A DNA stretch of 64,000 nt. Origin: Myxococcota bacterium. Its GTDB lineage: Bacteria > Myxococcota_A > SURF-8. The DNA lies in assembly GCA_963674735.2 (NCBI GenBank), contig CAXXQS010000002.1, forward strand, positions 1,632,001 through 1,696,000, written 5' to 3'. Both the position numbers and the translations under genes were made by a program. Positions 1 through 9,034 of the stretch are shown here, one piece after another. The notes under the pieces were generated by a model. The model did no database searches. It was not told the origin of the DNA and saw only the letters and a list, made by a program, of their open reading frames with translations. The stretch's first letter is position 1. Each line of letters starts with the position of its first letter.

Positions 1-619
1 GAGAGGCGGTGGTTTCGCGCCAATCGGGCAGGTTAGCGGAACTCTGCAGCAGGTCTTTCAAAAAGAATGTGCGGGCGTCTTTCTCGATTTCCACTTTGGG
101 GGCGGTTTTGCGTGTAACGATGGGGAACAGCCAACTGACCGGGAAAGACATTTCGTCCGTCAGTCGGGTGTAGATGATGCGCTTGAGGTCCACCTCCCGC
201 TTGATGTTGTTGACCCGCTGGGAGAAGAGATCGAGACAGATGAGGGTGTCGGCTCCGCTGTCGTTGAACTTGAAGATCAGTTCCCGCTCGACGTTGAGCG
301 GATTCGCCATTACCGCCACCGCGCCCAGCCGCATCAATGCCAGATAGGCAATGACGAATTGCGGGCAGTTGGGCATCAGCAGGATGGCGCGGTCGCCCGG
401 ACGCACACCCATTTCATACAGGGCGGCGGCGAAGCGGCGCGCTTTCGTGAACAACTCGTCGTAGGTGGTTTCGCGCCCGAAAAACTCCAAGGCCACATGA
501 TTCGGCTCTTTAAGTGCGGCCCGTTCCAAAAATTCCCAGACGGTGATGTTGGGGTAGTCCAGTGAACGGGGGACGAACTTGTCGTAAAGATTCTGCCAGG
601 GCCGGGAAAAGTCTCCCAT
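1..619 (-). CDS. Long-chain-fatty-acid--CoA ligase (AMP-binding family), 3' end truncated by window edge
   Basis: Manual translation from ATG at 619 with upstream AGGAGG gives MGDFSRPWQNLYDKFVPRSLDYPNITVWEFLERAA...GVRPGDRAILLMPNCPQFVIAYLALMRLGAVAVMANPL, a typical FadD/LcfB N-terminus. Not in the ORF track because it has no stop within the window. Confidence 0.85.
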   Translation of the reverse strand, partial: MGDFSRPWQNLYDKFVPRSLDYPNITVWEFLERAALKEPNHVALEFFGRETTYDELFTKARRFAAALYEMGVRPGDRAILLMPNCPQFVIAYLALMRLGAVAVMANPLNVERELIFKFNDSGADTLICLDLFSQRVNNIKREVDLKRIIYTRLTDEMSFPVSWLFPIVTRKTAPKVEIEKDARTFFLKDLLQSSANLPDWRETTAS

Positions 620-738
620 CGGCACCTCCTGAAAGAAGGATCGAATGTTAACCGGTTTCGGATCGGCACGTCCGTTCGTTTATAGCGGGAAAAACCGGCC
701 ATGCCAAGCGAAAGGAGAGGTCTTTTTAGAGGCAGTCT

Positions 739-2046
739 TTAGTGAATCGGCTTGGGAGTGGCGACGCGGATGCCGTTTTGGGCGGCCAGCCGGGCGGCGT
801 TGCGCGGATCGTAAACGCCGTCGCTGGTGGCGATGGACCAATCACTGATTTCATTGGCCGAGAAGACGATCACGTCGCCTTTTGTCATCGACGGGACGGC
901 GAACGGCTCGTTGATCAGTTTGGCCTGAATCCCGTCGGAACCGAGGCTGAGCACCTCGAACCAGAGATGTTCGCTACCGGCCGCCGTTTGGGTGGTGGTG
1001 AAGGCCGTTTTGACCATGAAGGTCCACGCTTCGGGGTCTTGCTGCCGCCAGAGCGCCAGAAAGAGCGGCCAGCGATAACGGGCCTGATGAGCCATGCGGG
1101 CGGTATCGGTTTCGGTGTAATAGACCAGATCCACCCGTTCCAGTTCAGCCAGAAAACCGTCCAACCGGAAACCGGGGCGGCGTGTCGGGAGAAAGGAAAA
1201 AGCGCCGTTCTCGGCGGGAGGCGGCAAGGCCAGCACGACCCGTTCGCTCAGATGATCATCGTCGCGGTCGCGTTGTGCTCCGATGGCATCCGGATGAATG
1301 GCCGCCATCGCTACATCCAGGTTAGCCAGTTCGATTTTGAGCCCCGGAGCGATGGTCAAGGTGTCGCCGACCTCGATTTCGCCGTCCAGCAGACGATCCG
1401 CGATAAGCGCGATGACTTGTGTCGCCGTGGTGCGGTGAATAGCCCAAACATCCACCGCTTCGATGTCGGGGATTCCGGTGCGGGCGAGTCCATGCGTGTG
1501 CAGCCACAGACGATCGGCGTCGTCTTCGTCGTAGACGGCGTGCATGGAAATCATTTCGTGGGCCGAGGGGGCGGCGGGAATTTCCACGATGCTTTCCGCC
1601 ACGGCCTTGGAGACGGCATGCATGGCGTTGTCGTCGTAAATAAACGGCGCGGTGCGGCCCAGTGTCAGGGCGAGTTCCAATTCCAGGCGCCATTGGTCGC
1701 GTGGATTGTCTTGGTTGAAGGTGGTTTCAATGATGAGACCGAACGAGCATTCATCGTAGCGGTCGCGTTCTTCGTCCAGGATATCGGTGCTCGACCACCA
1801 GGCTTCCTCGGGCAGGTCGTCCAATTCTTCGGGCCAGATGTAGACGGGAGAAGGAAGGCCGGGCAGTTTGAGCGCCAACATCCAGGAAACGTTGGCCGGG
1901 ACATCCTCCTGCCATTCATCCAAGGGAATTTGCCTTAAATCCGGATAGGCGATTTCCAGTTTGCGGCGCACCACGATTTCCGTCGGTGCGTCATCGCCTG
2001 GAATCGGGACGATCATCATGCTGGGAATCCACCTGGCCACGAACAA
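739..2046 (-). CDS. Conserved hypothetical protein, DUF4026-like with DUF2314/YegJ-like C-terminus
   Basis: 435-aa acidic ORF with WLHTHGLAR.G.PDIE and C-terminal EHLWFEV...LINEP motifs. Start codon uncertain (2046 or about 2019). Confidence 0.6.
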   Translation of the reverse strand: MFVARWIPSMMIVPIPGDDAPTEIVVRRKLEIAYPDLRQIPLDEWQEDVPANVSWMLALKLPGLPSPVYIWPEELDDLPEEAWWSSTDILDEERDRYDECSFGLIIETTFNQDNPRDQWRLELELALTLGRTAPFIYDDNAMHAVSKAVAESIVEIPAAPSAHEMISMHAVYDEDDADRLWLHTHGLARTGIPDIEAVDVWAIHRTTATQVIALIADRLLDGEIEVGDTLTIAPGLKIELANLDVAMAAIHPDAIGAQRDRDDDHLSERVVLALPPPAENGAFSFLPTRRPGFRLDGFLAELERVDLVYYTETDTARMAHQARYRWPLFLALWRQQDPEAWTFMVKTAFTTTQTAAGSEHLWFEVLSLGSDGIQAKLINEPFAVPSMTKGDVIVFSANEISDWSIATSDGVYDPRNAARLAAQNGIRVATPKPIH

Positions 2047-2145
2047 CCTCGTAAATATGCCATCCGCGATGTTGCGGTCCGGCTAGTTTAATCCGCTTCA
2101 CCGGAAAACGCAAAAAGCGGCCTTTTAAAACGAGTTTTGCTTGTT

Positions 2146-3372
2146 TTATCGAGATCTTCGCCCGATCTGTTCGTGGATCAATTCACCCAGAATACTGATA
2201 GCTTCACGGATCACGGTGTCATCGGCCTGGGAGTAGGAGAGCCGGAAGGTGTGGCGACCGCCGCCGTCGATGAAGAAAGCCCGCCCGGCCACGAATACCA
2301 CTCCGTGTTTGATCGCGGCTTTAAGCAGGTCATCGGCGTCCAGGTGTTCGGGCAGATGCGCAAAGACGAAGAAACCTCCCTGGGGGCGATTGACGGTGAC
2401 TTCTTTCGGGAAATGCTCATCGATCAAGCCAAGCATGAGATCGCGTTTCTGCTTGTAAAACGCGATGTTGCTCTGGATGCGATTGTCGAAGGAACCGCTC
2501 CGAATGAAGGCGAGCGCCAGATACTGGGCCAGCGAATTGGTGCAACAGTCCACAAACTGCTTGGCGATGACCATCCGCCGGGACAGGTCCGCCTCGGCGG
2601 TCATCCAGGCCACGCGCAGACCGGGGGCGAAGGTTTTGCTCATGGAGTGGATGTGAATGACCCGCTCGCCGCCGTCGAGAGCTCTGAGAGACGGCAAGGA
2701 GTCGCCTTCGAAGCGCAGGTCGCCGTAGGGATCGTCTTCGAAGATCAGGAAATCGAAGCGCTCGGCCAACTTCAGCAAACGCTGTCGCCGGGCAAGCGGC
2801 AGAGTGGTTCCGGTCGGATTCTGGAAGTTGGGGATGACATAGACGCCTTTGAGATGGCGGCCCCGGTCGATCAACCCGGTGGCGGTTTCTTCCAAAATAT
2901 CGATATTCAGGCCGTTTTCGTCCACCGGAACGCCGATTACCTCGCCGCCGCAGGCCGTGATGGCACCCGTGCCGCCGAAATAGGTGGGCAGTCCGGCCAG
3001 CACCACGTCACCGGGTTCGATCAACACACGCGCGGCCAGGTCCATGCCCTGTTGCGAGCCGTGCAGGATGGTCAGTTCATTTGTCGTGCTGGAAAACCCG
3101 TAGTGCGTTTCAGTGCGCTCGGCCAGCAATTCGCGCAGGGCGGGCACTCCTTCGGTGGTGCCGTACTGCAGTGCCCGGTCGGCATGCTGTGTGAGTATTT
3201 CGTTGGCGAATTCAGCGAGTTCCACGTCAGGAAAGACCGCCGGATTGGGCCAGCCGCCCGCCAGGGATTTCATGTCGGGCTGGTCGATCAGTTTACAGAT
3301 TTCGCGGATGGCGGACGGTTGCGCGCCTTGAGCTTTAGCGGTGTAGAGATGGGAAAATCGCGCATCTGACAT
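2146..3372 (-). CDS. PLP-dependent aminotransferase, class I/II (LysN/ARO8-like)
   Basis: SLAGGWP, ALQYGTTEG, YVIPNFQNPTG, EDDPYGDL and SMSKTFAPGLRVAW (PLP lysine). Start placed at MSDARF after a GAGGAG RBS. Confidence 0.9.
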   Translation of the reverse strand: MSDARFSHLYTAKAQGAQPSAIREICKLIDQPDMKSLAGGWPNPAVFPDVELAEFANEILTQHADRALQYGTTEGVPALRELLAERTETHYGFSSTTNELTILHGSQQGMDLAARVLIEPGDVVLAGLPTYFGGTGAITACGGEVIGVPVDENGLNIDILEETATGLIDRGRHLKGVYVIPNFQNPTGTTLPLARRQRLLKLAERFDFLIFEDDPYGDLRFEGDSLPSLRALDGGERVIHIHSMSKTFAPGLRVAWMTAEADLSRRMVIAKQFVDCCTNSLAQYLALAFIRSGSFDNRIQSNIAFYKQKRDLMLGLIDEHFPKEVTVNRPQGGFFVFAHLPEHLDADDLLKAAIKHGVVFVAGRAFFIDGGGRHTFRLSYSQADDTVIREAISILGELIHEQIGRRSR

Positions 3373-3439
3373 GAGAATCTCCTCTTCGGGTCGGTTTTCA
3401 ACGCGGTCCCGGCGGAAAATCCGCCGGGACGATGCGGGT

Positions 3440-4702
3440 TCAGCGGTGCAGGTTGGCGGCGACGACGATCCCGATTCCGGCCTTCGTGAGGGCATCGGCG
3501 GTCAGGTTGAGTGAATGATGCTTGTCGAGGTAGTTCCGTTGCATGGCCGCCATCAGGTTTTGTTCGAGAATATCCGCCTTCGGGCTGAAATAATCGAGAA
3601 TATCCGATGGATGCTCGCGGGTGACGTCGATTTCGGGCTCGCCGCCTTCGTGTTTGGCCGAAATGTTGGGGACGTCTTTCGCCACTTCCACCAGTTCCGC
3701 GCGGCGGTTGTAAGGCTGGCGGACGATGGATTTGTAGGTTTCGGTGATGTGATGCTCGATGCGCACCACCTTCTCCAGCCCGAGCTGTTTACGCAGCCAG
3801 GACGCCTGGCGGATGGTGTCGTTGTTGACGGAGTTGGACAGGTTGAAGCCGATGAGGCTGGTGGTGCCGTCTTCGCGGGCGAACAGGCGCGCCGTCATGA
3901 GCGTCCACAACACGGAGAAGGGGTTGTCGTTGCCCATGTAAACCGAGATCTTGAACTCGTTGTCCACGCCGAGTTTGTGTAGCAGGTACGCGGCCAGAAT
4001 GGTGCCGGGATTGACATTGAGCACCTGGCGGATGCCGTAAGTGGTGTAATAGTGCAAAAACTCGTCCAGCCACTTGGCCGGGTAGTCATTCGGTTGGCCC
4101 ACCCCGCCGAAATAGCCGGTGATGGTTTCGGGACCGCCCAGATGAACGTTCGAGCCGTCGGTGCCTTTGGTGTCGAGGGTCTCGACGTAACTGGCGCCCA
4201 CGATTTGCATGGCGGCGGCGATGGCCAGCGTGTCGCCGTTGTCTTCCACCTGTTCGGCCATGGTGCGTACGCGAATGTAGCGTCCCGGCATCAATTCGCG
4301 CTTGTCGATGGCCTGCTTGGCCTGGGCGATCAGCCAGGGAAAGTACTGCAAGGCGCTGATTTCCATGGTGACCGCGTTTTCCTGATTGATCGGCTGATCG
4401 GCTGCGACACCCGGAAGCGTGTCGCGGTAATCGGCCATGGAAATAAACGCGTTTTTCTCGCGCTGCTCCATCAGCCAGTCCAGGTCGGCTCGATAGGAAC
4501 TGCCGCTGGCCTTGAGGCGATCCAGCAGATTGTCGAGTTGGCGTGCCTCGGCGGCTTTTTGGTTGATAACCTCGGGCCCGCCGTGTTTTTCGACGACGTC
4601 GAGCAGGGCGGCGGTGACCGGATTGTCAGGGTTCATGATCAGCGCGTTGATTTCGTCCACGCGCTCGGGGCTGATGGTCAGAAGATGGCGGTAGTCGGTC
4701 AT
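3440..4702 (-). CDS. Hypothetical protein of unknown function (420 aa), in operon with panB and the aminotransferase
   Basis: Long ORF with a GGAG RBS and enzyme-like Gly-rich segments (DTKGTDGSNVHLGG, GYFGGVGQPNDYP, KHEGG). I cannot assign a family. Confidence 0.75.
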   Translation of the reverse strand: MTDYRHLLTISPERVDEINALIMNPDNPVTAALLDVVEKHGGPEVINQKAAEARQLDNLLDRLKASGSSYRADLDWLMEQREKNAFISMADYRDTLPGVAADQPINQENAVTMEISALQYFPWLIAQAKQAIDKRELMPGRYIRVRTMAEQVEDNGDTLAIAAAMQIVGASYVETLDTKGTDGSNVHLGGPETITGYFGGVGQPNDYPAKWLDEFLHYYTTYGIRQVLNVNPGTILAAYLLHKLGVDNEFKISVYMGNDNPFSVLWTLMTARLFAREDGTTSLIGFNLSNSVNNDTIRQASWLRKQLGLEKVVRIEHHITETYKSIVRQPYNRRAELVEVAKDVPNISAKHEGGEPEIDVTREHPSDILDYFSPKADILEQNLMAAMQRNYLDKHHSLNLTADALTKAGIGIVVAANLHR

Positions 4703-4717
4703 GGCGGTGGCTCCTTG

Positions 4718-5572
4718 CTAATCGTATTCTTTGATGAGTTTCTCGAACTTGGGTTGTTCGCCTTCGATCATGTGATAGCAATGCTCGTCCGCCGGGAAGC
4801 TTCCGGCTTTCACCTCTTCGGTATAGCTGCGCATGGCTGTCGTGATCATTTCCGCTACATTGCCGTATTTCTTGACGAATTTCGGCGTAAAGGCCTGGAA
4901 CTGGCCGATCAGGTCGGACACGATCAACAACTGGCCGTCGCAGGTGGGACCGGCACCGATGCTGAGCACGGGGATGTTGAGCTTATTGGTAATGAAACCC
5001 GCGACTTCGGGGGGGACCGCCTCAAGCAGCAACATCTGGATACCCGCCTGTTCCAAGGCCAGGGCGTCTTCGATGACCAGCTTGGCCGACTCCACCGTGC
5101 GACCCTGAGCTTTATGTCCGCCGAGCTGTCCGGAACTCTGCGGCGTGAGACCGATGTGGCCCATCACCACGATTCCGGCATCGAGAATGGCTTCCACCTG
5201 CGGCAGAATGCGCTGACCGCCTTCGAGCTTGATGGCATCGCAACCGGCTTCTTTGAGGAAGCGTCCGGCGTTCTCGACTGCCTTTTCGATCGAACTTTGA
5301 TAGCTCATGAACGGCATATCGCCGACCACGAAGGTGTTGGGTGCACCGCGCCGGACCGCTTCGGCGTGGTAAATCATCTGGTCCATGACGACCGGAATGG
5401 TGCCGGGATAGCCGTACACGCACATGCCGAGCGAGTCGCCGACCAGAAGCATGTCCAAGCCCGCTTCTTCGGCGAACTGGGCGGTGGGATAGTCGTAAGA
5501 GGTCAGGAAGGTGATTTTCCGGCCTTCCGCTTTCATTTTCCTGAAATCATGAATCATTTTCTTTTTCGTCAT
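4718..5572 (-). CDS. panB: 3-methyl-2-oxobutanoate hydroxymethyltransferase
   Basis: LTSYDYP, LLVGDSLGM, VVGDMPFMSY, AIKLEGG, MGHIGLTPQ, IGAGPTCDGQ.LIVSDLIG, PKFVKKY. Start at MTKKK. Confidence 0.95.
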   Translation of the reverse strand: MTKKKMIHDFRKMKAEGRKITFLTSYDYPTAQFAEEAGLDMLLVGDSLGMCVYGYPGTIPVVMDQMIYHAEAVRRGAPNTFVVGDMPFMSYQSSIEKAVENAGRFLKEAGCDAIKLEGGQRILPQVEAILDAGIVVMGHIGLTPQSSGQLGGHKAQGRTVESAKLVIEDALALEQAGIQMLLLEAVPPEVAGFITNKLNIPVLSIGAGPTCDGQLLIVSDLIGQFQAFTPKFVKKYGNVAEMITTAMRSYTEEVKAGSFPADEHCYHMIEGEQPKFEKLIKEYD

Positions 5573-6090
5573 CGGGCCTCTCCTTTTTCGGGTGGGGTGG
5601 ACGATGTGGAATCGTGACCTGTGGGATCGATCAAGCCGGCCAACGGCCAGCCGTTTTCTTCTTTGACATTGGACAGCACCAGGAAGGTTTCGGCCGTTCC
5701 TATGCCCGGAATGGAAGCGATGCGTTCTTTGACCAGCTTGCCCAGGTGCGTCAGATCGCGCGCCACGACGGCCAGCAGGTAGTCGAAGCGGCCGGTCAGG
5801 TGGTAGCAACTTCGCACGTGGGCGATGGTCTGGACGTCGCGCTCGAAACTTTCAATGAGTTTGTGGTCGTGGCGGTCGAGGGTGACCGAGACGAAGGCCT
5901 GGATGGTGTAGCCCAAAGATTCCGGGTCCAGGATGGCGCGGAAACCCTTGAGAACACCATTCTTTTCGAGTTTCCGCATTCGTTCCAGCATGGTGGACGG
6001 GGCCACGCCCAGTTCACGGGCCAGATCGACGTTGCTGATTCGGGCGTTATCCTGAATGGCTTGAAGTATCCGATGATCCAGCTTATCCAT
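5569..6090 (-). CDS. Lrp/AsnC family transcriptional regulator
   Basis: MDKLDHRILQAIQDNARISNVDLARELGVAPST..ERMRKLE HTH and CYHLTGRFDYLL RAM domain. Stop overlaps the panB start. Confidence 0.93.
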   Translation of the reverse strand: MDKLDHRILQAIQDNARISNVDLARELGVAPSTMLERMRKLEKNGVLKGFRAILDPESLGYTIQAFVSVTLDRHDHKLIESFERDVQTIAHVRSCYHLTGRFDYLLAVVARDLTHLGKLVKERIASIPGIGTAETFLVLSNVKEENGWPLAGLIDPTGHDSTSSTPPEKGEAR

Positions 6091-6270
6091 CAATTTGCCG
6101 AATGTTATTTTGTGTTGAGGAATATTCCCTGCTAATCCTTCGGCTGTCAAGTGTTTCCTACGAAAACGATTCGAATACGAGTCGGATGGCAAAAGAGGTC
6201 GATTTGTCTCCTGTTTAGATCTGTGCTAGCTTAAACGGTGACTCGCCACGGAGACGGGGATGGAGGACCG

Positions 6271-6771
6271 ATGCCCCGCCCACATTTCATTTGCGATGCC
6301 ATGCTGGGACGTTTGGCTACCTGGCTGCGGCTGTTGGGCTACGATTGCGCCTATAGACGGGGTCTTGCCCACCAACACCTGCTGGACTGCGCCGAGCGGG
6401 AGGGACGCATCTTGCTGACTCGCGATACACGGCTTCTCAAGCGGCGGCGTATCCGGCAGCTCACACATTTGTGGGTGATGCACGACGATTTCCGGGACCA
6501 GCTGGTGCAAGTGATCGAGTCTTTCGGACTCGATCGCCATCGGGCCGGGCGGAAATGTCCACGTTGCAATCTTGACCTGGAGGAGGTGAGTCGGGAAGCG
6601 GTCACGCCCGTGATTCCGGCTTTCGTGGCCGCCACCCAGCGTTCGTTTCGCCGATGCCCGGCTTGTCGACGCGTGTTCTGGTCGGCCACCCACCAACGTG
6701 CCATCGAAGCGGAACTGGATCGGATTTTCATGCGCGTAGCAGGAAAAGGCACGGGCGGTACAAACAGTTGA
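6271..6771 (+). CDS. Mut7-C RNase domain protein (PIN-like with Zn ribbon)
   Basis: FICDAMLGRLATWLRLLGYD, EGRILLTRD, CPRCN...CPACRRVFW..TH motifs. Confidence 0.85.
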   Translation: MPRPHFICDAMLGRLATWLRLLGYDCAYRRGLAHQHLLDCAEREGRILLTRDTRLLKRRRIRQLTHLWVMHDDFRDQLVQVIESFGLDRHRAGRKCPRCNLDLEEVSREAVTPVIPAFVAATQRSFRRCPACRRVFWSATHQRAIEAELDRIFMRVAGKGTGGTNS

Positions 6772-6837
6772 CAGGTTTCCTAGGCCTGGGGCACCTTATG
6801 AAAACCCGGTGCTGGAAACCTGAAAGGACTGCGGAAT

Positions 6838-8427
6838 ATGGTTAAGTGGGTGTGGCTGGCGCTGATCAGCCTGCTTTGGATGGCCGGACCGGTTTCGGCG
6901 TCCAACGGCAGCGTGATTATCGTCGGCAACGACATCATCAAAACGGAGGCGTTGCTTGATGCAGTGGCGCTGCCTCAGGACGCCTGGGTGACGCCCACCA
7001 TGGCCGTGCGCGTGCGCTATAAAATCGAATCGTTCTATTTTACCCGTGGCTATACTCTGGCGCGCGCCTGGACCAAGGCGCATCGCGGGAAACTGTATGT
7101 TTCCATCGATGAAGGGCGCCTGGAAAAGATCATCGTTCGCGGACGTGGTTCGACCACCACCCTGGCGATCAAATTCCTCTTCAAACTTGAAAAAAACATC
7201 TACAATCGTTTTGAAGTGGAACGGCAGCTGAAAGAGATCCGCCAACAGTTGAATATCGGCGAAATCGAAACGCTTCTTGTGGAATCGCCGAAAGTGCAGG
7301 AAGTGGGCTTTCAATTGTCGGACCTCGACATGAAAATCGAGCTGTTCGAGCAGAAGGTGGCCGCGCATGAACTGCACATCATCATCGCTCCTTCGCGCGG
7401 CAGCGGTCCCAGTATCGGTGCTTACACATCCGCCACCTTCGGTTTCGTACCTTACATTGCGTATACCGAGCGAGGGCCGTTTTTCGACAACAACGACGAC
7501 AAGCTGCGGTTGTCGTTGGAAACCGGCTACAATATCCGAAAAGGCCTCAACAACGATCGCTGGCAAGTGCTTTTTACCCATGCGATGGGCAAGGGCCGCT
7601 ATGATTTTCCTCCCCTGGTTGAATTGCTGCGGTTTTTCCTGGTGGAAAGCCTTCAGGTTTCCAGTTATAGCCGAGCGGATCTGCCGCTCGATGAGTACTG
7701 GCGCTTCCGGGTCCATTCATCGGTCAATCTCGGACTGGATTTACGTCCCGGCCTGTCGTTGTATGTTGGTGGAGGTGTCGAGTACGAGTCGTTGTTTTCG
7801 ATCAAGCCGGTGCTGGACGACGTTTTTCTGGCCGAGCCGTTCAATGATACGGGGTTTCTGTTAACCTACGGCTTTGAATGGGATTTCGATCCCTCTGAGA
7901 TGCGGCGGGATCGCCATCATCGGTTGTTGTTGGAGATCCGGCATTTCTGGCCGGGACAGGATGCCTTTCATCGCTTGAATGTGCGTTATCAAAAGGTTTT
8001 CGTTTTCGGTTATAACGATCTGATCCTGCGTGGACGGCTGCTGGCCACCCTGGGAGACACCAAGTTTTACGAAGAAGTCAGCCTGGGTGGGAAAAACCTG
8101 CGAACGTTTTTCAACGGACGCTACTACGTCGATACCGCGCTTTGGGCGACCCTGGAATTTCGATTGTCATTATGGAAGGACATCATCAAGGTCTCGGTCT
8201 TTCACGATCTGGCCCCGTTTTTCGAGATCGAACGCAAAGAGACTGCGGGCGGGGTCGTCTCGGCGAATTCCGGTGAATCGCACAGCATCGCGATCGCCGA
8301 CTCTTTCGGTCCGGGGTTTCACTGGCTTTTTCTGGATTCCTTCCAGCTTGATTTTTATGGATGTGTCGGTTTTTCTCCTTCCGGATTCGGCTGGAATATC
8401 TATTTCACCTTATTCCGGGTTTTCTAG
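6838..8427 (+). CDS. Outer-membrane beta-barrel protein with N-terminal POTRA-like domain (Omp85/TpsB-like)
   Basis: Signal peptide, POTRA-like Y..RGY..A...IDEGRL segment, LGG..LR loop-6-like motif, alternating aromatic strands and terminal Phe. Confidence 0.6.
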   Translation: MVKWVWLALISLLWMAGPVSASNGSVIIVGNDIIKTEALLDAVALPQDAWVTPTMAVRVRYKIESFYFTRGYTLARAWTKAHRGKLYVSIDEGRLEKIIVRGRGSTTTLAIKFLFKLEKNIYNRFEVERQLKEIRQQLNIGEIETLLVESPKVQEVGFQLSDLDMKIELFEQKVAAHELHIIIAPSRGSGPSIGAYTSATFGFVPYIAYTERGPFFDNNDDKLRLSLETGYNIRKGLNNDRWQVLFTHAMGKGRYDFPPLVELLRFFLVESLQVSSYSRADLPLDEYWRFRVHSSVNLGLDLRPGLSLYVGGGVEYESLFSIKPVLDDVFLAEPFNDTGFLLTYGFEWDFDPSEMRRDRHHRLLLEIRHFWPGQDAFHRLNVRYQKVFVFGYNDLILRGRLLATLGDTKFYEEVSLGGKNLRTFFNGRYYVDTALWATLEFRLSLWKDIIKVSVFHDLAPFFEIERKETAGGVVSANSGESHSIAIADSFGPGFHWLFLDSFQLDFYGCVGFSPSGFGWNIYFTLFRVF

Positions 8428-8525
8428 TGTTCCCCTGTTTGAAACGGCAAGGATTTGCCATGTGTAAAAGCGCGGGGTATACTGCGCCTACGGAACTGGA
8501 CCCCGGAAATCGATAGGAGGGCGCA

Positions 8526-8975
8526 ATGGCCAACATCAAAAAGATGGACACCCGTCAGCGTATGTTGTCCATCCAGGATGAGCTGAACCATATCCTGGCC
8601 GATTTTCTAGAGCCTCAGCAAGAACGCTATCTGGCGCGCTCGCGCAACCTCGAAATTCAGGTGGATGTCTACGAAACCGAAGACGCCATCAACATTCTGG
8701 CCGAGCTTCCGGGAATGGCTATCGACGATATCGGCTTGTTCCTTTCACGCGATCTGCTGGTTATAGAGGGAACCAAACATGCGTCGCCGACATCGGAGAA
8801 TGGACATTATCTGAATCTCGAACGGGAGTACGGCACCTACAAGCGCGATGTGGGAATTCCCAAGCCTATCAACGCCGATAAAATCTCGGCGCGTTTGGAT
8901 AATGGTATTTTGCATGTTGTATTGCCTAAAATTTCGGATCGGCGTGGCAAGCGTAAACGCATACCGATCGATTGA
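8526..8975 (+). CDS. Hsp20/alpha-crystallin small heat-shock protein
   Basis: VDVYETED...AELPGM, EREYGTYKR and ARLDNGILHVVLPK. GGAGG RBS. Confidence 0.93.
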   Translation: MANIKKMDTRQRMLSIQDELNHILADFLEPQQERYLARSRNLEIQVDVYETEDAINILAELPGMAIDDIGLFLSRDLLVIEGTKHASPTSENGHYLNLEREYGTYKRDVGIPKPINADKISARLDNGILHVVLPKISDRRGKRKRIPID

Positions 8976-9034
8976 ATCAGTCTAAGAAAGGGCGGCTCTT
9001 TACCGTGTCGCTTGGCCCCTCAGGAGGATGAGCC

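Noticed and set aside
742-5617. Long + strand ORFs 742-1938, 2137-3369 and 4052-5617
   Set aside because: They are antisense shadows of well-supported minus-strand genes, typical of high-GC codon bias, and have no recognisable motifs.
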